The notes under the pieces were generated by a model that ran no database searches, had not been told where the DNA came from, and worked only from the letters and a program-made list of their open reading frames with translations. This document shows, piece after piece, positions 37,678-45,817 of a stretch of DNA of 64,000 bases. Location of the stretch: positions 6,751 to 70,750 of the forward strand of contig JBBTST010000003.1 in the NCBI GenBank assembly GCA_038064575.1, read 5' to 3'. The translations under genes and the position numbers were made by a program. Source of the stretch: Patescibacteria group bacterium. Lineage in GTDB: Bacteria; Patescibacteriota; WWE3; UBA101185; 2-01-FULL-41-18. How positions within the stretch are numbered: position 1 is the stretch's first letter; each line of letters opens with the position of its first letter.

Positions 37678-39535
37678 AAAAGCTTGTCCATAATACTAAA
37701 GTTCCGGGGGAGCGTAAATTAAACACTGACTTAAACTTGTAACCGTCAAATGATTTTGAGGAATAATTACTTGAAGAGAGTACAACGCTTGTTGTGAAAC
37801 CTGTTCCATCATCCTTCATGGAAATGTTGTTGACCTTGCCAACAGTCTTTATCCCAAGGTCTGAAAGCTTATCTTTAACCCTATCAAAGGACCAGCCTCC
37901 TTTGGAAGGGGCAGAAAGATACTTGTTGTAAGAGGAGTTGTTTTCAGATAGTAGATACGCATTAAAGATATCAGCAACTTCACTCTCAGTCATCCAGGCA
38001 CTTCCTGAAGTTTTATTTGTTCCCCAGGCTTTGTGAAACCAGGGAGATTTACCATAATTAGGCCCATCATATGCACAATCAAACAAATCCCCCGAACATT
38101 TTGCATCTCTGATCCCCTTTGTCCAAGGCCTGTCGGAGCCCCATACCTGCCCTGAGGTTCTTGTGTACCCGCCTGATGTTGAGGCGTACCACGCTGTTAT
38201 AGGCATACCATTCCATTTCGCAACCACCCCACAGGTATCTTCAACGGCCTTTTTCCAATTTCCTGTTTTCTTACGATTGTTATAAACTTGGCACGATTGC
38301 GTAGTACAAATGGAAACGGGCTTTGAGCGCTTTTTTAAGCTGCCTTTTTCCCAATAATATTGGGTGTAGTTAAGGGCGTAGGTACGGGCTAAAACCACCT
38401 GTGCCTTGAGAGCTTCCTGACCGCCGTTTGAGCCCCAAGATTCGGGCATTTCCGCAATACCCATAAGATAAGTATTCTCCAAATTAAGGCTTCCATAACC
38501 TGTGACAGAAATGGTTTTTCCTTTATCACAAGAGCCGCTAATATCCACATCTTTAAAATAAGCTTTAATAATATCTTTGTAATTTTGGCCGGCCTTTGAT
38601 CTGCCGTACATGCCATATTGATTTGCCCCCACTCTGTGGGGATACCCATAAGTAAAAAATGCAAATGCGGGTTTGAACGATGGGTTGGGAAGAGTAGAGG
38701 AGGATTGTTCGCTATCTCCTATAGTTGTGGATTCAGTTGTTGCACCAAACTTTTCCCTCAATAGCTCCTGCTGCCTTGCTGACAGATCTGAAAGGGAAGA
38801 ATTAACTTTTTTTATCTCATCAGCAAGATCATCAATATCTTCAACCGTTTCTTCTTTTTGATTTGCTAAATTTTGCTTCAGTAAAACAAGCTTGGCTCTT
38901 TGGCTGTCAAAAGAGTTTTTGAGATCCTCTGCTGCTTTTTTATCTTTTTCATACTGAAAAATGTCTTTGTTTAAAAGCTCAATTGTTGTGAGAGTGTTTT
39001 TATTAAGAGTTTTTTGGGCAACATATGACTGGCTTGCAAACCTAAAGCCTGCCTCATCAGTTTGTGAATTGGAGGCGGTTGGAGAGGGCAGAAGGGAAAT
39101 AAGCAGGGAAAACTCCATATCCCTAAGAGAATTACTTTTGTAATAATTTCTTAAAATTTTATTTCTTAAAATTATTTTTGAATCCAGCGTACGCCTGGTT
39201 TCATCAAGGCTCACATTTATATCTTTAAGTTTTTCCTCCATAGCAATAATATCTGCCAAAACTTCTTTAATGTCCGATTCTGTGGCAGAAAGGTCTGTTG
39301 TTAGCTTATTAAGCTTTGCTTCCAGAGAAGATTTGTCTGAAGTAAGGTCATCAAGCTTTTTTGAGAGCTTGTCTTTCTTTTTTTCTATATCGGAAAGCTC
39401 ATCTGCCCTTGCAGGAGGCAGTACTGAAGAAACAAAAATAAGAAAAAAATAAAGTATTGCCGCTAAAAAGGAAGCAAAAATTAGTGCAAAAAAAGTGTTG
39501 GTTTTATGTTTAACTAAGAGTCCTAAATAAGGCAT
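37655..39535 (-). CDS. Coiled-coil + SpoIID/LytB-domain lytic transglycosylase
   Basis: TM/signal, long coiled coil, HRVG.NQYG..GR..AGQ.Y..I...YF, YLMGIAEMP.SW, EALKAQVV.ARTYA, ICTTQSCQVY. Confidence 0.85.
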   Translation of the reverse strand: MPYLGLLVKHKTNTFFALIFASFLAAILYFFLIFVSSVLPPARADELSDIEKKKDKLSKKLDDLTSDKSSLEAKLNKLTTDLSATESDIKEVLADIIAMEEKLKDINVSLDETRRTLDSKIILRNKILRNYYKSNSLRDMEFSLLISLLPSPTASNSQTDEAGFRFASQSYVAQKTLNKNTLTTIELLNKDIFQYEKDKKAAEDLKNSFDSQRAKLVLLKQNLANQKEETVEDIDDLADEIKKVNSSLSDLSARQQELLREKFGATTESTTIGDSEQSSSTLPNPSFKPAFAFFTYGYPHRVGANQYGMYGRSKAGQNYKDIIKAYFKDVDISGSCDKGKTISVTGYGSLNLENTYLMGIAEMPESWGSNGGQEALKAQVVLARTYALNYTQYYWEKGSLKKRSKPVSICTTQSCQVYNNRKKTGNWKKAVEDTCGVVAKWNGMPITAWYASTSGGYTRTSGQVWGSDRPWTKGIRDAKCSGDLFDCAYDGPNYGKSPWFHKAWGTNKTSGSAWMTESEVADIFNAYLLSENNSSYNKYLSAPSKGGWSFDRVKDKLSDLGIKTVGKVNNISMKDDGTGFTTSVVLSSSNYSSKSFDGYKFKSVFNLRSPGTLVLWTSFYDIFIKK

Positions 39536-39633
39536 TAGAGTAGATTATACCATTGACTGCTTGACAGGCTTTTCTATTAATAAGATACTTTAACAGTAGT
39601 AATTCTTTCTGTTTAACTAAAAAGGAGGTGCAC

Positions 39634-39954
39634 ATGGCTTACGCTATTAATATTACGTCTAATAACCCGCTTTCCAACACGGGGATTAAAAGCTTGGCAG
39701 ATCTTTTTAATCTTATTATCAATATTGTAATGGGTATCGGCGTGGCGTTAACCGTCATCTTCTTGATACTTGGGGGTATCAAATATATTACAAGCCAGGG
39801 GGATCAAAAGAACACACAGCAAGCAAGGGAATGGTTAACTAACGCTGTCATTGGATTTATTGTTGTATTAGGAGCATTTGTTATAAGACAGGTTGTAGCA
39901 GGAGTACTCCAGGCAAATGTAAATGTTGCCGAGCAGTCTTTGCAACAAGAGTAG
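39634..39954 (+). CDS. VirB2/TrbC-like pilin (probable major pilin)
   Basis: Two TM helices around GGIKYITSQGDQKNTQQAREWLTNAVIG. TTGACA promoter at 39561, AGGAGG SD and its own terminator. Confidence 0.85.
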   Translation: MAYAINITSNNPLSNTGIKSLADLFNLIINIVMGIGVALTVIFLILGGIKYITSQGDQKNTQQAREWLTNAVIGFIVVLGAFVIRQVVAGVLQANVNVAEQSLQQE

Positions 39955-39978
39955 TTCTCCTAGATAAGAAATAATTAA

Positions 39979-40004
39979 GGCGCGGGTTAAACCCCGCGCT
40001 TTTT
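39979..40004 (+). terminator. Intrinsic terminator after the major pilin gene
   Basis: GGCGCGGG-TTAAAC-CCCGCGCT followed by a T-run. Confidence 0.7.
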
Positions 40005-40059
40005 GGTTGGGGTTGGCGGTTGACGCACATACAATCTGCCATATATAGTTACTCCATAT

Positions 40060-40950
40060 ATGAGATATAAAATATCTGTTTTATCCTCACTTGCGTTCTT
40101 GACACTGACAATCATATTTATTGCACTTCCTTTGAGGGCATGGGCAGTTCATTGTTTAAATGCTTTGTCTTGCGACATAGAAGGAGATCTTATTACATGT
40201 GCAGACCCAACATCCGTTTGTCTCACAGATGCAACAAACCCTTGCGGAATTTGTGTTGAGTGTGTTGATAACACAACATGTGTATCCGGAACTTCATGTA
40301 ATCTCACAACTCACACCTGTGACTCTAATCCTTGTGTTGCAGATAATGAGATTTGTCTTACCGGAGATACTTGTTGTAGCAGCACGTTCTCTTGCCAAAC
40401 TGCACAAGTTGCCCCTCCAATAAAAAGGTGTATCAGTAATACCCCTCCCGTTTCCGATTGCTCAGGGGGGAACGTTGCCTGTGATTCTTCCGGTACGTGC
40501 AATAACTGCCTAAAACCTTGGGAATACACTTGTTCCAGTGCTAACAAATGCGTCAAAGAGAAAACATGGCGCTGTAATCCTAGTACTACTCCATGGAGTT
40601 GTGAAGAAGTTGATAGTAGCAGTTATTACGCCACGCAGGCTCTCTGTTCCGCAGCGTGTGTATATACACCGCCTGTAGGTCCCGGAGTGCTTGACCCCAG
40701 CGCCAACTTTCCTGAACCGGATAATCCACAGGGCTTGATATCTGCCATTATTATAATCTTAATGCCAATTGTTATAGTTCTTGGACTTCTAAGAGCTGCC
40801 CAGGGAGGTTTGATGATACTCACAAGTCAAGGTAACGAGCAGCAGCTAACAGAAGGGAAAGAGATAATAACCTCAGCCGTAGTAGGCATAATATTTGCGA
40901 TTACAGGGCTTGGTATCCTAAGGTTTGTTTTAAACACTTTTGCAAAGTAA
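40060..40950 (+). CDS. Pilin fusion: signal peptide + 26-Cys domain + VirB2-like C-terminus
   Basis: 26 Cys in aa 32-200; C-terminal GGLMILTSQGNEQQLTEGKEIITSAVVG between two TM helices. Confidence 0.82.
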   Translation: MRYKISVLSSLAFLTLTIIFIALPLRAWAVHCLNALSCDIEGDLITCADPTSVCLTDATNPCGICVECVDNTTCVSGTSCNLTTHTCDSNPCVADNEICLTGDTCCSSTFSCQTAQVAPPIKRCISNTPPVSDCSGGNVACDSSGTCNNCLKPWEYTCSSANKCVKEKTWRCNPSTTPWSCEEVDSSSYYATQALCSAACVYTPPVGPGVLDPSANFPEPDNPQGLISAIIIILMPIVIVLGLLRAAQGGLMILTSQGNEQQLTEGKEIITSAVVGIIFAITGLGILRFVLNTFAK

Positions 40951-40998
40951 GACCCTTTATAGCCTAATGAAAACACATGTAGTATTATTCATAGCAGT

Positions 40999-41331
40999 AT
41001 GCCTTTTGATTTTGTAAATACTATTATTGATGATCCAAATGTAAATCCAACAGGAGGCGCTTTTTCAACTGTTAGTAGCTTTTTAAATCTAGCCCTTGGA
41101 GTTCTTATGGGAATCAGCATAGCCTTAGGAACTGTTGCCATAATACTTGCCGGCATTCAGTATATAATGAGTGAAGGGGATGCCAAGGCAATAGGCACTG
41201 CCAAACGCTATCTCACCACAGCAATTCTGGCAATAGTTGTAGCTCTGCTAGCGTTCACTTTCAAGCTGATTATATTAAACATTCTGGGATCTAGCAGTCC
41301 AGATCTTGAGAATAATGTGCCGGGATTTTAA
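40999..41331 (+). CDS. VirB2/TrbC-like pilin
   Basis: AGIQYIMSEGDAKAIGTAKRYLTTAIL between two TM helices. Confidence 0.85.
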   Translation: MPFDFVNTIIDDPNVNPTGGAFSTVSSFLNLALGVLMGISIALGTVAIILAGIQYIMSEGDAKAIGTAKRYLTTAILAIVVALLAFTFKLIILNILGSSSPDLENNVPGF

Positions 41332-41333
41332 AT

Positions 41334-41768
41334 ATGCAAATTTTTAGAAGTGGTGTCAAAAAATTAAGCCTAAACCTGTTTTTGCTCCTATTTCTTTTTT
41401 TGGTATCTCAAAGAAGTGCAAATGCGGCATGCGAAAACTTTGGAGAACCAACTAAAGATCAGCCGCTAGATCAATTAGTTAATTTAATGTGCCCTGTGTT
41501 AAAAGCTTTAGATATAATAATACTCTCATCGGGAGGCATATTTGTTGCCTTAATTTTAATAGCCTCCATTAAGCTAAGCCTTTCCCAAGGAGACGCCAAA
41601 GCAATAGATGGTGCAAAACAAACAATTACCTGGGCAACAATAGGTTTTGTTACGGTAATAGGTCTTTATGTGGGTCTTGGGATATTATTGGGATATTTTG
41701 GAGTAAGCCCCAATGCGCTCTCATTTAGCACAGCTATTCAGGGGGTAGTAACATGGTTAAATCAATAA
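41334..41768 (+). CDS. VirB2/TrbC-like pilin with signal peptide
   Basis: SIKLSLSQGDAKAIDGAKQTITWATIG; signal peptide ending ANA; two Cys. Confidence 0.82.
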   Translation: MQIFRSGVKKLSLNLFLLLFLFLVSQRSANAACENFGEPTKDQPLDQLVNLMCPVLKALDIIILSSGGIFVALILIASIKLSLSQGDAKAIDGAKQTITWATIGFVTVIGLYVGLGILLGYFGVSPNALSFSTAIQGVVTWLNQ

Positions 41769-44700
41769 CAAAAGTAGTCTTTGCAATACCAATAATTCTA
41801 GTCTTGACTTTTACTTCCGGTAAAAGCGCTTCTGCTGCGGTAGAAAAGTGGGGACCTAATCTCAAAGACTCTCCATCAATGATAGCTCCAGCAAGACAGG
41901 CATACTTGGGTTTGGGCGGGGATACAAATAACTGGGTTCCTTTTGAGATTATGATGTCCGCAGCAGGAATACCGGGAGATGTGGCGGGCACAAAACAGGC
42001 TATGCAGGAAATGTTGGACATTGCAAGAACCAATAAAATGATGCCTGTAGTCAGACTCACAACCAGACTCTGTTCAGGCGGGGTAAGTGGCTGGGAAAAA
42101 TTAACATTGGATTATGCAAGATATACTGCCCAAGCATTTAATTCTGTTGACGCTTCAGGATTTCCAGACACAATTCGCCTAGAGTGGGGAAACGAGGTAA
42201 ACCTTGGCAGGGAATGGGGAAACGAGATGCCAGACCCCGGCGAATATAGTAGCACCTACACATCATTCAAGGCACAACTTACAAACCCCAATATAAGCAC
42301 AATGCCTTCCTCAATAAATACATCCAACCCTGATGTCTTACCTCCTCAAGCTCCGGCAATGGATGCCATTAAATTTTATCAGGGTTTGTCAGGCACCACG
42401 GGTTCGGGACTTGCCTCACACCCTTATGAGACTGATGTGCCGGGTCCTGCTAGATACAGAATAACAGCTTGGGATTTTGATAATGACTATGCCAAAACAA
42501 CATCTCCTATAATTGTGAACGGTGGGGGTTTGTCACCTAATTTTGTGTATGGAGGCAGCAGGGTCAACTTTAATCAGCGCATTGACTACCTTAAAGCTTC
42601 TTTTCAAGGTAGTTCTTATTTGGGTGTACCCCCCTTAACCGGTGGTCCAGATGCAAAGTACCTCATGCCTGATCTTCAGGACGACCCAACGGCAGGTGGG
42701 GGAACCGATCAATTCCTTGTTATGGTGTATGGACCGGGGGGAACAACAACTCTTCCACTTGCAGGAGGAGGCTCCAGAGGAGGGGGTACATGCGAAGATA
42801 TTGAGGACACTAACACAGAGGTGCTTCCGGCGTGTACTCCAGAAGACCTTGAAATTGAGCCTGAAGAATTTACTCCAGCTACACTTAGGGGAACTGTAAC
42901 AAATTCTTATACAAACAATTTTGGAAAAAGAATAATTCCAAGTATGGCTACACCCCCACTAACAGGGGCTAAAATTGCTTGGGTAGAAACTTTTGCCAGA
43001 CCGGCCCCACCTCTTAAAAACCAATCCATCTGGGATGATCTTAACAAACCTGATGAGAATGAAGAAAAAAAGAAAAATGCTACATATAACTCAACAACCA
43101 TTCAAAATGTCAATGGCAAGTATCAATATGAACTTCAAATACCCAAAGACAAAACCTCCTACCTTATGGTTATCTGCGGAAACAAAGTGCTAGATGTATT
43201 TTCTGTTAACCCAAATGGAAACAGCAACGTTAAACTTGATTTAAGTTACGCTAAATTTATTGAGGGTTGCGGAGGAAGCAACGAGTGTTTAAGACTTAAA
43301 CCTGTAGGGGATGTGACAAAAGCGGGCTATTGTCCTTTTATATCAGGCACAGCTCCGGTAGCAGATGAGATGGTACCTGATAAAATAGTTCAAATCTCTC
43401 AGCAACTGGGAAAGTTTTCTCTAAGCTGCGTTAAAAACCTTTTGAGTTGTGTCAAAGTTGTCTGGGACACTACTTGGACTACACTAGGTGGTTTTGCAGG
43501 CTCACAAAAGCAAGATCAGGTCAAAGGTATAGCAAGAGATCATGCTTCTGACAAACAGGCTATAAGACAATCTTGGGGAGAAATTCCGTATGTAGATAAA
43601 GTAAGTTGTGAAGCTATAAAAGCCAACAATGAAAGGATGAGTCTAATTAGAAACATGCCTATAGGAGCAAATTTACTTGGCATGAGACCTGGTCTTTTGA
43701 CAGAAATTTGTATAAAAGCCAGAGAAAGGCAGGGGGCACTAATTGCTTGTCAAGGGACACCCCTATCAGGGATTTGCGCTCCGGGAGAGGTAGGTTGCAC
43801 AATGAAAGATTCAAAATACTTCCCGCTTTACATGTGCGCTTATGGCCTTGATGCCCCGGGGGTAATTTACAATGTGGCAGACTCCCCATTTGGAGCAATA
43901 AACTCCCCAGAGGGCGTTAGAGAACCAATAGTAGTTAATAACAACACGGGTAGCGTGAATCTGGAAAGCGATTACACTCCACACATCTGCGGTGGTCCGT
44001 ATCTGGACGAAGCTGATATAGGATGTTACGTAGGAGATCCCATCACAGAAAATAGAGACGATTGTCAAGGAGCCGCGTGCGACACACAGCCTACCGTTTA
44101 TGTTAGCGGACCAAACGGCGGAAACGCAGGCCCCGGCCCTGCCACATCCGTTGCAACCGTAGCAAGCATGTACACAAGACCCGGTGTGATTGGAGCAAAT
44201 GAGGCCGGAAAGATGATGAATATAGAGGATGCAGACCCAACACCTACCGCTGCACTTGATAGAACTATTTTTTCAGACAATCCTGTAAGAACATCCGCAT
44301 ATAGTGCTGTGATAAGGAGGTTAAAAATTCTGGGCAATGAGTGTCCATGTGATGGAGAACAGCTTAAGGTAAATAAGAAGTATGATGATGGTTTTGTTTG
44401 CACAAAGGGAGGATTAAGATTTAATATGATTATTGATTTTGGCGAGCTTATAGATGCTTTCTTAGCTAACTTATTGAAAGCTTTCAATGACTGTGCCCTG
44501 TTACCCACCCCAGAAGAAGTACAGGCTTGCCAAGATGCGGAGACAGAATATGAAGCATCGGCTGATTTGACTCCAACTTTTAAAGTGCCTTATGCGGCCC
44601 ATAAGGGAGCGCCTGCAGCAACAATTGCAGATGTAGTAAAAATGCCATATCACAAGCCTGTTCAAAAAATCGGTACTCTTGGTACGGTCAATACAGAGCT

Positions 44701-44848
44701 TGAAAGAAACAGAATCCCATGGACTGCCGCTTCCGGAGTTTCAGGGGAGGCTTTAAGAACCGGCGAGTTTGTGAGAAATATGTTTTGTATACCAAGAGAG
44801 GGAGTAAGTTGCGGGGTGGGAGGTCCGGGTATTGAAGAAACCCCCTAA
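41753..44848 (+). CDS. Large secreted protein: GH-A-like N-domain plus Cys/Gly/Pro-rich unknown domains
   Basis: Signal peptide ending ASA; MPVVRL, WGNEVN..REWG, ASHPY. Overlaps the upstream pilin gene. Confidence 0.75.
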   Translation: MVKSITKVVFAIPIILVLTFTSGKSASAAVEKWGPNLKDSPSMIAPARQAYLGLGGDTNNWVPFEIMMSAAGIPGDVAGTKQAMQEMLDIARTNKMMPVVRLTTRLCSGGVSGWEKLTLDYARYTAQAFNSVDASGFPDTIRLEWGNEVNLGREWGNEMPDPGEYSSTYTSFKAQLTNPNISTMPSSINTSNPDVLPPQAPAMDAIKFYQGLSGTTGSGLASHPYETDVPGPARYRITAWDFDNDYAKTTSPIIVNGGGLSPNFVYGGSRVNFNQRIDYLKASFQGSSYLGVPPLTGGPDAKYLMPDLQDDPTAGGGTDQFLVMVYGPGGTTTLPLAGGGSRGGGTCEDIEDTNTEVLPACTPEDLEIEPEEFTPATLRGTVTNSYTNNFGKRIIPSMATPPLTGAKIAWVETFARPAPPLKNQSIWDDLNKPDENEEKKKNATYNSTTIQNVNGKYQYELQIPKDKTSYLMVICGNKVLDVFSVNPNGNSNVKLDLSYAKFIEGCGGSNECLRLKPVGDVTKAGYCPFISGTAPVADEMVPDKIVQISQQLGKFSLSCVKNLLSCVKVVWDTTWTTLGGFAGSQKQDQVKGIARDHASDKQAIRQSWGEIPYVDKVSCEAIKANNERMSLIRNMPIGANLLGMRPGLLTEICIKARERQGALIACQGTPLSGICAPGEVGCTMKDSKYFPLYMCAYGLDAPGVIYNVADSPFGAINSPEGVREPIVVNNNTGSVNLESDYTPHICGGPYLDEADIGCYVGDPITENRDDCQGAACDTQPTVYVSGPNGGNAGPGPATSVATVASMYTRPGVIGANEAGKMMNIEDADPTPTAALDRTIFSDNPVRTSAYSAVIRRLKILGNECPCDGEQLKVNKKYDDGFVCTKGGLRFNMIIDFGELIDAFLANLLKAFNDCALLPTPEEVQACQDAETEYEASADLTPTFKVPYAAHKGAPAATIADVVKMPYHKPVQKIGTLGTVNTELERNRIPWTAASGVSGEALRTGEFVRNMFCIPREGVSCGVGGPGIEETP

Positions 44849-44849
44849 G

Positions 44850-45800
44850 CTAATATTCTGAATAATAAATTTCTAAGACTTTGTTTCCAAAACCCTTGAT
44901 GCTAGCTTTTTTTGCAACATACGGAATAAGAACCCCATCTTTAGAATTCATAACATAAATCTTTGAAAAACCCGTCTCATCAAAGGCAACGTAACTTTTT
45001 GGAATACCTCCAAGATTAAAAAAAAGATCAAAGTAGTAAGGATCTAAAGGCGCGGAAGGTCTTAAGATATATGTTCCTTCTGAAAAAGCCCTGATGGTAT
45101 GAACAGAAATATAGGAAGGAAGAAAATTGGGGATAGTAACTATTGAAGCCCCACCTGATATTGGTGACCAAACTTGTATATTATTCATTCTGCTTATATT
45201 TGATACCGGATAACCCCCTAAAGAAATAAAGTATACAAACTCTTTGTGTGTTGGAGGAGAACAGTTCCCTTCAAATTCTTGCGCCACACAAATACCTTTT
45301 TCAGAAACTGGAATGGCTTGGAATTTCAAATTGTTTAGTATAGGCTCCTTTACCAATTTTGAATTCAAGAATGCTACATAACGAGTCACAAAAGCTGAGG
45401 GTGTGAGATTTGTGGTAAACCTACTCTCATAATCTCCACTGTTTTGTATTTCAACAATTCCTAAGTCTTTCTCAAGAAAAGGTAAAGAAGAAGACTCAAA
45501 AGTAAGAATGAAATTATCCTTGGAAAGCTTAGAAGCTTCCACTTCCCCAAGTACAAAAGTAAGCTCAGAACCTGTCTCATCAAAGCCGTCTATTCTGGTC
45601 CCTTTATATTTATCTATTGTAGCCTCAACAAAATTTTGCTGCTGAGTTAGTCTTTCCTGTGTGGGTTCATAGACTTCTTTGTATCGAGTCTGCTCTTGAT
45701 ACTGTGTAAAGAAAATGAAAGTTAGAACACAAAAGACCAATATGACACCAAGAATAATTAAAACCGTTTTATTTTTTAAAAATTGTGGCAACGCAGGCAT
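44850..45800 (-). CDS. Membrane-anchored hypothetical protein
   Basis: N-terminal TM helix; 17 nt downstream of the M23 gene. Confidence 0.7.
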   Translation of the reverse strand: MPALPQFLKNKTVLIILGVILVFCVLTFIFFTQYQEQTRYKEVYEPTQERLTQQQNFVEATIDKYKGTRIDGFDETGSELTFVLGEVEASKLSKDNFILTFESSSLPFLEKDLGIVEIQNSGDYESRFTTNLTPSAFVTRYVAFLNSKLVKEPILNNLKFQAIPVSEKGICVAQEFEGNCSPPTHKEFVYFISLGGYPVSNISRMNNIQVWSPISGGASIVTIPNFLPSYISVHTIRAFSEGTYILRPSAPLDPYYFDLFFNLGGIPKSYVAFDETGFSKIYVMNSKDGVLIPYVAKKASIKGFGNKVLEIYYSEY

Positions 45801-45817
45801 AAATTTCCTTCAGTCTA

